64,000 nucleotides of DNA, taken from the NCBI GenBank assembly GCA_035710545.1, contig DASTDD010000214.1:895-64894 (forward strand), in the 5' to 3' direction. Under the pieces are notes generated by a model that was not told where the DNA came from, searched no databases, and was given only the letters and a program-made list of their open reading frames with translations. The translations under genes and the position numbers were made by a program. Shown here piece after piece: positions 27,020 to 35,915 of this stretch (positions are counted from its first letter, which is position 1; each line of letters opens with the position of its first letter). The DNA comes from Steroidobacteraceae bacterium (lineage in GTDB: Bacteria; Pseudomonadota; Gammaproteobacteria; Steroidobacterales; Steroidobacteraceae).

Positions 27020-27165
27020 CTGCCGAGTCCAAGCTGGTCGCCAACCCCGGGAAATTTGGCTCTGGACCGAGGGCCGCCATGCCCAGCTTGCCGGGGAGGA
27101 TTTCACACCGGTGCGGCGCGTGGTTCCGCTGGCCCGGCCGGCCCGGCCTCGACTATGCTCACCGC

Positions 27166-27948
27166 ATGTGCCAGCTCGCGTGGCTGCAGGCATCACTGCT
27201 TTCCCTGTTTGTCACTGTCGCGCTGGCCATGCCCGCGGAGAGCCTGCACCATCGGTTCAGGCTCGAAGGACACGGCACCCCCACGGTCATCCTCGAGTCC
27301 GGCCTGGGCGACACCCTCGATGTGTGGAATACCGTGCAGCCACTGATTGCCTCAGGCTGCGCGCGCACTCTCGCCTACAACCGCGCCGGCTACCTCGGAA
27401 GTGACCCATCCAATCTGCCGCGCGACTCCGTGACCATCGTGGCGGAGCTGCGCGCCGAGCTGCAACGGCAGCACATACGGCCGCCATATATCCTCGTCGG
27501 TCATTCCCTTGGTGGCCTGTACATGCAGTACTTCGCGCGCAACTACCCGCAGGAGGTCGCGGGTCTGGTGCTCGTGGACTCTACAAGCTGGGAGCAGCAC
27601 CTGGACCCGGGTAACCAGGCCAACACGCCCTACAACTCGCGCACCGCTGTCACGTTGTTCATGCCATGGATCGTTCGCCGGGAAATCCGCGACAGCGTGG
27701 CAGCCGGCGAACAGGTGCACGCCAGCCCGCACGTCGACGTCCACACCGTCGTGCTCTCGAGCACTCGCGGACCGGCGGGAGAGACCCCGTCGGCCAGGGC
27801 GTTGGCCGCCCGCCTGCAGGACGAGATTGCCGCGGACTTTCCGGGTGCGCGGCGTGTACGGGTCAGTGACAGCGGACACTACATTCAGCGGGACCATCCG
27901 GAGGCGGTCGCCGAGGCAGTCCGGCGCCTCGCAGGCTGCAAACCCTAG
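27166..27948 (+). CDS. Alpha/beta hydrolase with signal peptide
   Basis: VILESGLGD oxyanion region, nucleophile elbow GHSLGG, and a C-terminal SGHYIQRDHPE. Start at MCQLAWLQASLLSLFV. Confidence 0.75.
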   Translation: MCQLAWLQASLLSLFVTVALAMPAESLHHRFRLEGHGTPTVILESGLGDTLDVWNTVQPLIASGCARTLAYNRAGYLGSDPSNLPRDSVTIVAELRAELQRQHIRPPYILVGHSLGGLYMQYFARNYPQEVAGLVLVDSTSWEQHLDPGNQANTPYNSRTAVTLFMPWIVRREIRDSVAAGEQVHASPHVDVHTVVLSSTRGPAGETPSARALAARLQDEIAADFPGARRVRVSDSGHYIQRDHPEAVAEAVRRLAGCKP

Positions 27949-27979
27949 GGCCTGATCCGGCGCGCTTGCCTGCCGCTGT

Positions 27980-28774
27980 TCAGCGGGTGCGGCGGCTGCG
28001 AGCCTGGCGGCCTTGCACCCCCGGATCCTTCGAACCGGCAAACGCTGGAGCATCGGTTCGCGTCACCGGCTCGGTCTCGATGCGCGACTTGAGAAGCCGC
28101 AGCGCCTCCTGAGGCTCATCCGCATACGAGAACAGACGCAGATCCGCCTCCTCGATGACCTCATGCCGCAGCAGCGCGTCGAAGTCTATGATCTCCCGCC
28201 AGTACGCGCCGCCGTACAGGACGATGGCAATCTGTCGATCGAGCTTTCGAGTCTGCGCGAGCGTCAGGATCTCGAAGAACTCGTCCAGCGTACCGAATCC
28301 CCCTGGGAAGATGACGATGGCACGCGCCAGATGCGCAAACCACAGCTTGCGCATGAAGAAATAATGGAACTCGAACAACAACTCGGGAGTGATGTAGGGG
28401 TTCGGGCGCTGCTCGTGCGGCAGACCTATGTTCAGGCCCACGCTACGGCCGCCGGCGTCCGCCGCTCCGCGATTGGCGGCTTCCATCATACCGCCTCCAC
28501 CGCCGGAGCAAACGATGAGTCTGCGGCCGTTCTCCGGCAGAGACAGACTCCACTGCGTCACCAGGCGAGCGAGCTCGCGTGCCTCGGCTACGAATTTCCC
28601 CAGCGGGCCGTCCGCACGAGCCCGGGCCGAGCCGAAGAAGACCACGGTGTCGTGGACGTGCTGCGCACTGAAAGCCCGCATCGGCGCCAGGTATTCGGAC
28701 AGGATGCGCAACGGCCGGGCCTCGTCGGAGTCGACGAACTCGCGATCGTGATAGGACAGGATGGGATGCTTCAT
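27980..28774 (-). CDS. LOG family (TIGR00730) Rossmann-fold nucleotide-binding protein
   Basis: VVFFGSARA...CSGGGGGMMEAANRGA...PGGFGTLDEFFE motifs. Start at MKHPIL (28774). Confidence 0.8.
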   Translation of the reverse strand: MKHPILSYHDREFVDSDEARPLRILSEYLAPMRAFSAQHVHDTVVFFGSARARADGPLGKFVAEARELARLVTQWSLSLPENGRRLIVCSGGGGGMMEAANRGAADAGGRSVGLNIGLPHEQRPNPYITPELLFEFHYFFMRKLWFAHLARAIVIFPGGFGTLDEFFEILTLAQTRKLDRQIAIVLYGGAYWREIIDFDALLRHEVIEEADLRLFSYADEPQEALRLLKSRIETEPVTRTDAPAFAGSKDPGVQGRQARSRRTR

Positions 28775-28865
28775 CGGATGCCTCTGGGCCCGCGCAAGCG
28801 CGCCACTGTAGCAGCTCCGTCGATTACACTTTCCACGAGTATCCGCGGCAGAGGCGCGACCTGAC

Positions 28866-29855
28866 TTGCGCTCGCTCATCCTGAGCTCGACACTGACGAT
28901 TGCGGCTCTCGCCGGCAACGTCACAGTGCCGGCGGACGAAACCCGCGATTACCCGGCGCCTGCGACGCACACCGTGCCGCGCGCCGCCAGAAGGGCATCT
29001 GCGGATGCGCCACCGACCGCCGAGCTTCCGCCAATCTCGCGTGCGACTTCATTGCTGGTGGTCGCGCCGCATCCCGATGACGAGTCCCTATGCTGTGCTG
29101 GGATCATCCAGCGCGTCATACAGGTCGGCGGCCGTGTCAGTGTGGTGTGGATCACGAGCGGTGATGCATCCGAGATCGACCGGCTCGTAATCGAGAAGCG
29201 CGTATTCGGCAGCACCGGCAAGATGCGCGATCTGGGCGAGCGGCGAATGCACGAAGCGCAGGATGCGGCAACCATCCTGGGCCTGGCGCCGGAGCACCTG
29301 TACTTCCTCGGCTATCCCGATCGTGGCGTGCTTGCGCTGGCGACTGACAACTACGTCACTCCTTACCGATCCAGATTCACCGGCGCGGCGAGCGTCCCCT
29401 ATCGCGCGGCGCTGTTTCCCGGGCATCCCTACACCGGCCAGAGCCTCGAGGAGGACTTCACAACCGTCCTGGAGCGCACGCAGCCGACTCTGATTCTGGC
29501 GCCCAGTCCGCGTGACTCGCATCCGGATCATCGGGCCACGGGAATCATCACCATACGGGTCCTCAGCCATCGCCATGAGCTGACGCGGGCCCGCTACTGG
29601 ATCGTTCATGGCGGAGAAGACTGGCCGAGGCCCAAGGGGTTCGAGCCCGGGCTGGCGCTCACTCCCGCTCCGCTGGATGCGGGACTGTCGCCTGCGCCCT
29701 TCCCCCTCGACTCCGGCGAAGAGCAGCGCAAGCTGTTTGCCATTCGTGCCTATCACACGCAGATGAAGGTGACTTCCACGAATCTGCTGTCATTCGTCCG
29801 CAGGAATGAGTTGTTCTCCTCGCGACCGGTTCCTCAGGAAGCGCCGTCCGACTGA
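28866..29855 (+). CDS. PIG-L/LmbE family deacetylase with N-terminal signal
   Basis: VVAPHPDDESLCCAG and HPDH zinc-binding motifs. The track gives a TTG start at 28866, so the start is uncertain. Confidence 0.75.
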   Translation: MRSLILSSTLTIAALAGNVTVPADETRDYPAPATHTVPRAARRASADAPPTAELPPISRATSLLVVAPHPDDESLCCAGIIQRVIQVGGRVSVVWITSGDASEIDRLVIEKRVFGSTGKMRDLGERRMHEAQDAATILGLAPEHLYFLGYPDRGVLALATDNYVTPYRSRFTGAASVPYRAALFPGHPYTGQSLEEDFTTVLERTQPTLILAPSPRDSHPDHRATGIITIRVLSHRHELTRARYWIVHGGEDWPRPKGFEPGLALTPAPLDAGLSPAPFPLDSGEEQRKLFAIRAYHTQMKVTSTNLLSFVRRNELFSSRPVPQEAPSD

Positions 29856-29891
29856 CGGCAGACCTGCCTGCAGCGGGCGTGGCCGACAAGC

Positions 29892-31097
29892 TCAGGGGGA
29901 GTTGGGACGACGCCAGCGCTCGAGCCATCGATCCAGCCTCCCGGCAATCTGTTCCTGCAGACGGTCGAGCGCCGCACGTTGCGGCCAGTGGCGCCGATCG
30001 AGCTCCAGCGACTGACCGCAGTCTTTCTCGAATACGCTGGCAGCGGCCCGCGCGAAGGCGGCACACTCCACCTCCTGGTTGGCTTCGAGATTCCACTTGA
30101 AGCTCCAGCGATCGAGATTGCTGGACCCGACGCTCACCCAGTCATCGCAAACAGTCATCTTTCCGTGCAGAACGCGCGGCTGGAACTCGAAGATGCGCAC
30201 CCCGTTGCGTAGCAGCTTGCCGTAGAAGCGCCGTGCCGCATGCCGCACCCAGGGATGATCGGTCAAAGGACCCGGCACCAGCAGCCGCACATCCACGCCA
30301 CGCCGTGCCGCCCGCCGCAGGGCTTTGCGAAAGCGGCGCGAAGGTACGAAATAAGCGCTCATGATCCAGGCGCGCTCGTGCGAGTCCCCGATGCGGCGTG
30401 CCACGGCGGTGGCCAGCTCGGAGCGATACCATGCCTCGCTGAGAACTACGCGACCCCGTGCGCCTTCGCCGGACACGGCCTGAGCTGTTGGGGCCGCGAG
30501 GGCGAGTGGCGGCCCGCTCGTATGCCACGTCTGCGCGAACGCACGATGCCAGTCGGCGAGTACGGGACCGTTTATCTGGGCCACGAGATCGCGCCACGGC
30601 CACCCGGGCGGCCCGACGACACCGAACTCGTCGGTGAGGCCGACGCCTCCGACGAACGCCACTTCGCCATCGACGAGCATGAGCTTGCGATGATCCCGCA
30701 GGAAGTTGCGCAATCGCTTGACAAGCCGGAGGGCGTTATAGACACGCAGCTCCACCCCGGCATCGATCAACTCGCGTCGATCGGCTTGTGACAATGCGAG
30801 TGAGCCGAACCCGTCCACGATTACGTACGCCTTCACGCCGCGGCGGGCCGCGCGGACGAAAGCCTCGATGAAGCGGCCGGCGAGCACTCCGGATTGGACG
30901 AGGTACATCTCCAGCAGGACATAAGATCGCGCGTCATCGATTGCCTGCACCATGCGTTCAAAGTACTGCTCGCTGTCCTCCAGGAGTACGAATCGGTTGC
31001 CGTCGCGCCACGGCCAACTGGCCGTGGGGCTCTCGGGAATGTATTTCAGTGATGTGCGCATGCGCGAAAGATGACCGAGCCGTGTACCCTCGTCCAT
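29892..31097 (-). CDS. Phospholipase D / cardiolipin synthase-like protein (two HKD motifs)
   Basis: HRKLMLVDGEVAFVGG and LHGKMTVCDDWVSVGSSN HKD motifs. An alternative start is MRTSL at 31061. Confidence 0.8.
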   Translation of the reverse strand: MDEGTRLGHLSRMRTSLKYIPESPTASWPWRDGNRFVLLEDSEQYFERMVQAIDDARSYVLLEMYLVQSGVLAGRFIEAFVRAARRGVKAYVIVDGFGSLALSQADRRELIDAGVELRVYNALRLVKRLRNFLRDHRKLMLVDGEVAFVGGVGLTDEFGVVGPPGWPWRDLVAQINGPVLADWHRAFAQTWHTSGPPLALAAPTAQAVSGEGARGRVVLSEAWYRSELATAVARRIGDSHERAWIMSAYFVPSRRFRKALRRAARRGVDVRLLVPGPLTDHPWVRHAARRFYGKLLRNGVRIFEFQPRVLHGKMTVCDDWVSVGSSNLDRWSFKWNLEANQEVECAAFARAAASVFEKDCGQSLELDRRHWPQRAALDRLQEQIAGRLDRWLERWRRPNSP

Positions 31098-31099
31098 TC

Positions 31100-31939
31100 A
31101 TGACCCAGCGATTGTTACGAGTATGCCTGCTTGCCGCCGCGGTCGTGCTGTTGCCGCAAGCGGCTTTGGGCGACGTCACGGGAGCCATCAATCGCATCCG
31201 GCTTCATGGCTGCCAGGAACGCCCGGGCAGCGTACCGCGGGTGCGAGAGAACTCACGCCTCGACGAGGCAGCCCGCCGCCTGGCACGCGGCGAGAACTTA
31301 CGCGAGGCAGCGCGCGATGTGGACTACCGTGCCGTTGCCTCGGCTTCAGTACACATGAGCAACGTGCCAGATGATGGCGCGGTAGAGCGCTTGGTCAGCG
31401 AGCGGTTCTGTTCACAGGTCACCGAGCGGGAGCTGCGGGACATCGGCACGTATCGCAGGGGACAGGATGTCTGGCTGGTGCTGGCCACACCGTTTTCGCC
31501 CCCCCGGCCAACGGAGGCGGCCGAGGTTGCGCGTCGCGTCCTCGAGCTGACGAACCAGGCACGCTCGCGCCCGCAACGTTGCGGCCGCGTTCCCTATCCG
31601 GCCGCCCCGCCGCTCGCACTCTCCACGACACTGCAGACTGCGGCACTCGAGCACTCCAGGGACATGGCTGCCCACGGGTTCCTGGATCACGCAGGTCGCG
31701 ATGGCAGCAGTCCCGCAGTTCGGGTGACGCGCACGGGGTACCGGTGGCGAATTGTCGGCGAGAACGTAGCGAGCGGAGTCATGACACCGGAGGAAGCGGT
31801 GAGCGGTTGGCTGGGAAGCCCCCATCATTGCGAGAATCTCATGAGCGCGCGCTTCGAGCAGATGGCGGTCGCGTACGCAACGAACGCCTCGAGCCCCGGG
31901 GGTATCTACTGGACGCAGGTATTCGCCACTCCGCGCTGA
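31100..31939 (+). CDS. Secreted CAP (SCP/PR1-like) domain protein
   Basis: Signal peptide MTQRLLRVCLLAAAVVLLPQAALG. C-terminal CAP block GENVASGVMTPEEAVSGWLGSPHHCENLM. The ATG lies 2 nt from the divergent start at 31097. Confidence 0.75.
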   Translation: MTQRLLRVCLLAAAVVLLPQAALGDVTGAINRIRLHGCQERPGSVPRVRENSRLDEAARRLARGENLREAARDVDYRAVASASVHMSNVPDDGAVERLVSERFCSQVTERELRDIGTYRRGQDVWLVLATPFSPPRPTEAAEVARRVLELTNQARSRPQRCGRVPYPAAPPLALSTTLQTAALEHSRDMAAHGFLDHAGRDGSSPAVRVTRTGYRWRIVGENVASGVMTPEEAVSGWLGSPHHCENLMSARFEQMAVAYATNASSPGGIYWTQVFATPR

Positions 31940-32018
31940 TCGAGGCACGAAGAAGGCAGCCCGCAACTCGATGATCTCGTAGAATCCGCGCCCTTGGTAT
32001 CGAGCGGCGGGAGGGCAG

Positions 32019-32546
32019 ATGGCGGAAGTCGAGATTCACACCGGACACGATCACGCGGCTGACACGGTCGCACAACGCGTTGGCGTTGCCGTAGGCGTCA
32101 TTGGCGTTTTGCTCGCCGTGGTCACGATCGGATCGCACCGCGCACACACACAGGCGGTCATCAACAGAACCGAAGCCAACGATCAGTGGTCGTTCTACCA
32201 GGCCAAGAAGATACGGCAACAGGTCCTGGAGGTCGGCGCCGGCCTCGCACGAACGCTGGCGGCGGAAGAAGGCAAGGCTGAAGGTCTGGTCGAGCGCTAC
32301 TCCGCGCAGGGGGCGCGCTATGGCCAGGAGACTGCCGACATCGAGAAGGTCGCGCGCGCGGCGGAAGAGGAAACCCGGCGCGAGGAGCGCAGGGCTCTGC
32401 GCCTGGACCTGGGCGAGGGCTTCCTGGAGCTCGGCCTGGTGCTGTCGTCGCTGTACTTCCTGTCGCGGCGGCGCTTTTTTCCCGCTCTGGGTCTCGGTGC
32501 GGCCGCGATCGGCACGGCACTGGGAGTGGCGGGCTTCCTCGTTTGA
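32019..32546 (+). CDS. DUF4337 domain-containing membrane protein
   Basis: ANDQWSFYQAKKIRQ block and a C-terminal TM hairpin, typical of DUF4337. Confidence 0.7.
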   Translation: MAEVEIHTGHDHAADTVAQRVGVAVGVIGVLLAVVTIGSHRAHTQAVINRTEANDQWSFYQAKKIRQQVLEVGAGLARTLAAEEGKAEGLVERYSAQGARYGQETADIEKVARAAEEETRREERRALRLDLGEGFLELGLVLSSLYFLSRRRFFPALGLGAAAIGTALGVAGFLV

Positions 32547-32553
32547 GCTGGGC

Positions 32554-33330
32554 TCAGGCCGCCGGTTCGGGCAGTGCGCGCCGGTTGAACATGACCGCGA
32601 GACCCGCGCCCAGACAGAGGGTGCCGAACCAGGCGATCGTGCGCGTCAAGACCAGGTAGCTGAGGTGGTAGTACGAATCGAGGTACCACTCCTGCCGCCA
32701 CGCCAGCGTGCCGACGATCAGCAGTGATGAGGCGGCAACCATTGATACGATGAGCTGACGTACCCGCGGGGCGACTGGCTCGGACCCCATCGGCAATGGT
32801 GTGCGCCGTATGGCTCGCCGGATCCACTCAGCGACTGCCAGCAGGCCCACTACCGAGCTGAGGTACTGCAACAGGTGACTTATCGTCGTGTCCCACCCGA
32901 ACACTGTGATCGGGGATCCCAGGGCCGCCACCCTCATCGTCGTCCAGCCGTCGGGATGCGTGAAGGAGTCCCACCCGATGTGCGTCCAGGTGCCGATCAT
33001 CAGGGACAGCAGGGCGATCGGCCAATGCATCGGCCGCCTTGCGAACTCTTCGATGGAGCGCAGCGAGGCCGCCCGGGCACGCGGACTCAGCAGCACCGTC
33101 AGAGGATCGCGAAGCAGCACCACCGCCACGAGCAAGGCCATTCCCAGGGGCAGGCAGATGAAGAACGAGCCATCGAGCGTGTGCGTATCGTTCCATAGCT
33201 GGGCAATCCGGTGCGGGAAGTAATACGGCACGTCGGGCACGAGGCTGCCGATGACGAGCGGAAGGGTCAGCAGGAATCTGAAGCGGCGCAGCGGCAGGAC
33301 GGCTGCCGGATGCGCAAAAGTGAATGGCAT
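32554..33330 (-). CDS. DUF4184 family membrane protein
   Basis: Starts MPFTFAHPAAVLPL, the hallmark DUF4184 N-terminus, followed by multiple TM segments. Confidence 0.7.
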   Translation of the reverse strand: MPFTFAHPAAVLPLRRFRFLLTLPLVIGSLVPDVPYYFPHRIAQLWNDTHTLDGSFFICLPLGMALLVAVVLLRDPLTVLLSPRARAASLRSIEEFARRPMHWPIALLSLMIGTWTHIGWDSFTHPDGWTTMRVAALGSPITVFGWDTTISHLLQYLSSVVGLLAVAEWIRRAIRRTPLPMGSEPVAPRVRQLIVSMVAASSLLIVGTLAWRQEWYLDSYYHLSYLVLTRTIAWFGTLCLGAGLAVMFNRRALPEPAA

Positions 33331-33552
33331 ACCTCTTGAAGACTCGCAGAAATGGGACATTCCCCGCAAGTCTTCCTTCCCTGAGCTGGGAGCCACGCAC
33401 GGCGGGCAATCCACGGCGCCACCGCAGCACGGCCTTGGACGGCAGTCTCGTGCGATCAGCGCCCGGGGATCACCCCTCCAGGCGGCCTCCGAGCCAGGGG
33501 GCGTCCCCGCAGTCAGCACGCACGAGACTGCACCGGAAGAGCTCACACGCTC

Positions 33553-34140
33553 CTACTTCGTGCGCAGGTTATGTTTCTTCCGGTAGATGCGTCCGCTCTG
33601 GCGATTGTCCGCCCTCTGGATCCTGCGCTGCTCACGGGCGCTCACGCGGCCGTTGGCGGCGGCATTGGCTTCGCGGCGATCGTCATGGGCCTGGCCGCGC
33701 TCCAGTGAGCCCACTTCGCGATTGGTGAGGGCGCCGCTCTTGACACCGTTCGCGATCCGCTGCTGCTGATTTACGTTGCGTTGCACATCAGCTTGCATGC
33801 GCTCGGACGAGGCCGATCCTGGATTGCCGGTGACGGCATTGTGCTTGTCGGCCGCGATGTCACGGCTGGCGCGGTTCTCCGCTGCATTGAGGCGGGCCTG
33901 CTCACCCGCGCTGACGGAGCCATTCTTCAGGTCGTGCGCCTCCATCCGGTCGATGTGCTGCTGCTGGCGCTCGAGCTGACCGGCCTCACGGGTCGAGAGC
34001 TCTCCTGACTTCAAACCCTGCTCGATGCGCTCCTGTTGGTTCACATCGCGCTGCTGATCCTGTTGTACGGTCTGCGCGAGCGTCGCGCTGCTCAGCAGGC
34101 TCGCCGCCAGCACTCCCAGGCATGTTGCAGTTGCCTTCAT
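33553..34140 (-). CDS. Secreted hypothetical protein with two tandem repeats of about 70 aa, rich in Gln/Arg/Glu
   Basis: Signal peptide MKATATCLGVLAASLLSSATLAQ. Repeat 1 is RDVNQQERIEQGLKSGELSTREAGQLER... and repeat 2 is RNVNQQQRIANGVKSGALTNREVGSLER... Confidence 0.6.
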   Translation of the reverse strand: MKATATCLGVLAASLLSSATLAQTVQQDQQRDVNQQERIEQGLKSGELSTREAGQLERQQQHIDRMEAHDLKNGSVSAGEQARLNAAENRASRDIAADKHNAVTGNPGSASSERMQADVQRNVNQQQRIANGVKSGALTNREVGSLERGQAHDDRREANAAANGRVSAREQRRIQRADNRQSGRIYRKKHNLRTK

Positions 34141-34279
34141 ATGCCTTCTCCCATATCGGTGTCCGCGTAGCACATGCTACTGCCCGGTCACAACGGCTAA
34201 CACCTAACAGGGTTGACTGCAGATTTCCACAGGCTCCCGGCCCGATCCTTCGGTCCAGGCGTGGGGTGGGCCGGCCGGC

Positions 34280-35065
34280 TCAGCCGGGTGCGCGCCCGCG
34301 GTGACGCCGGCGCCGCGCCCGGTCAACCGGGCGGCGACTGGTGCGTTGGGGGGCCACCTGCAGCGGGTCGGTCGCGTGTTGCCAGACCCGCAGCCCGCCG
34401 ATGAAAGCATTGCGGTTGTCGCCCAGCCGGCAGTTCGGTGGCAGGCTCTTGAGCCGCCTCGCGTTGCCGCCGCCGATGACGACATAGTCCGATTCGAGAG
34501 CCTTGCTGAGCTGCGCCACCACCTCCGAGACGATCTTGCGCCATTTCTTGTTGCCGAGCTTGCTGCGCCCCTGCTCACCAACGTAGTCCTCGAAGGAGCG
34601 GTCGTGGCGGTAGGGCAGATGCCCGATCTCCATCGGCTCGACGACGCCATCGAGAATCAGCGTGGCGCCAAGCCCGGTACCCAACCCGAGAAACAACATC
34701 CGGCCACCGGCATAGCTGCCGATCGCCTGCATGGCTGCGTCGTTGATCACGCGCACCGGAGCGCCGAGGATCCTCTCGAAATCGAAATGCACCCATCCGT
34801 GTCCGAGGTTGTACGGCTCGGCCGTGATCCTTCCATGCAGCACGAGGCCGGGATAACCGATCGAGACGGCATCGTAGGCGGATTGCGGCAGCAGCTCGAG
34901 CAGCGTCCGCGTCATCATCTGGGGAGTCATCTGCGGACCCGAAACGAACCTCCCGACGGCGCCCTTTGCGCCGACACGGAATTTGACGTGCGATCCGCCT
35001 ACGTCGAGGACCAGAATGCGCCGCGGTGGCTTGGGCTTCTTCGGGTTGCCGGTCCGGGTCCTCAT
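34280..35065 (-). CDS. ROK family kinase (polyphosphate glucokinase-like)
   Basis: ILVLDVGGSHVK, VINDAAMQA, LGLGTGLGA and IGGGNA blocks. Start at MRTRTGNPKK. Confidence 0.7.
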   Translation of the reverse strand: MRTRTGNPKKPKPPRRILVLDVGGSHVKFRVGAKGAVGRFVSGPQMTPQMMTRTLLELLPQSAYDAVSIGYPGLVLHGRITAEPYNLGHGWVHFDFERILGAPVRVINDAAMQAIGSYAGGRMLFLGLGTGLGATLILDGVVEPMEIGHLPYRHDRSFEDYVGEQGRSKLGNKKWRKIVSEVVAQLSKALESDYVVIGGGNARRLKSLPPNCRLGDNRNAFIGGLRVWQHATDPLQVAPQRTSRRPVDRARRRRHRGRAPG

Positions 35066-35202
35066 CGAGCGATTATGGCTCGACAGACTGCCATCGCACC
35101 ACCGGACCGCTCGCCGCACTGCGCGTTCGCTCCACCGAATGGACTTTGAATTACGATCCCGACGGAGCCACTATTGAGGCAGGGTAAGATGGAGCGCAAC
35201 CC

Positions 35203-35868
35203 ATGTTTCGGCTGATTCCACTCGCGTTGCTGGTCGTCGTTCCGGCACTGCAGTGCGCAGTTGCAGGTGACGATGACACTTCCAGGGTTCTCGGTTCGGT
35301 CCGGATCGCCGCGGGCTCTCATGCGGGCGATGCGACGACGGTCAACGGATCCGTCGAGCTCGGCGCCAACTCGGTCGTCAAGCATGCCGGGACCGTGAAC
35401 GGAAGCATCACTCTGCACGAGCACGCCTCGGCGGAATCGCTCGAGACCGTGAACGGCTCGACCCGACTGGAGCGCAGTGCCCGAGTCTCCGGCAGCCTGC
35501 ACCTGGTCAACGGCTCGATCGTCCTCGATCAGGGTGCGGACATCGGCGGCCGCGTATCCAATGTCAACGGATCCATCCGGCTGGAAGGCGCGCATGTGGG
35601 CGGTGGCATCGAGACAACGTCCGGCGACGTCGACGTGGGCGCAGGCTCGCGCGTCGAGGGTGGTATTCTGATCAACAAGGAAGATGAAGGTTGGTTCCAC
35701 TTCGGCTCGATAAGGACACCGCGCGTGGTGATCGGCCCGGGCGCAGTGGTCCAGGGACGGCTCACGTTCAACCGCGAAGTGAAACTGTACGTCAGCGATC
35801 GCGCGCGGATCGGACCCGTGCAGGGAGCCACGCCGGTGAAATTCTCTGGCGACCAACCGCCCGATTAG
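35203..35868 (+). CDS. Secreted repeat protein with about 7 VNGS(I/V)xL units (beta-helix / bactofilin-like repeat)
   Basis: Signal peptide MFRLIPLALLVVVPALQCAVA, then TVNGSVELG, TVNGSITLH, TVNGSTRLE, LVNGSIVLD and NVNGSIRLE with about 20-aa periodicity. Confidence 0.6.
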   Translation: MFRLIPLALLVVVPALQCAVAGDDDTSRVLGSVRIAAGSHAGDATTVNGSVELGANSVVKHAGTVNGSITLHEHASAESLETVNGSTRLERSARVSGSLHLVNGSIVLDQGADIGGRVSNVNGSIRLEGAHVGGGIETTSGDVDVGAGSRVEGGILINKEDEGWFHFGSIRTPRVVIGPGAVVQGRLTFNREVKLYVSDRARIGPVQGATPVKFSGDQPPD

Positions 35869-35880
35869 GCGCATTGGGTT

Positions 35881-35915
35881 GATGGCTGGAATCGCCTCCG
35901 GCGATTCCAGCCATC
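35881..35915. terminator. Perfect 16-bp stem-loop between the convergent repeat-protein gene and fhs
   Basis: GATGGCTGGAATCGCC (35881-96) / GGCGATTCCAGCCATC (35900-15) with a 3-nt loop. Overlaps the fhs stop codon. There is no downstream U-tract in either sense. Confidence 0.45.
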
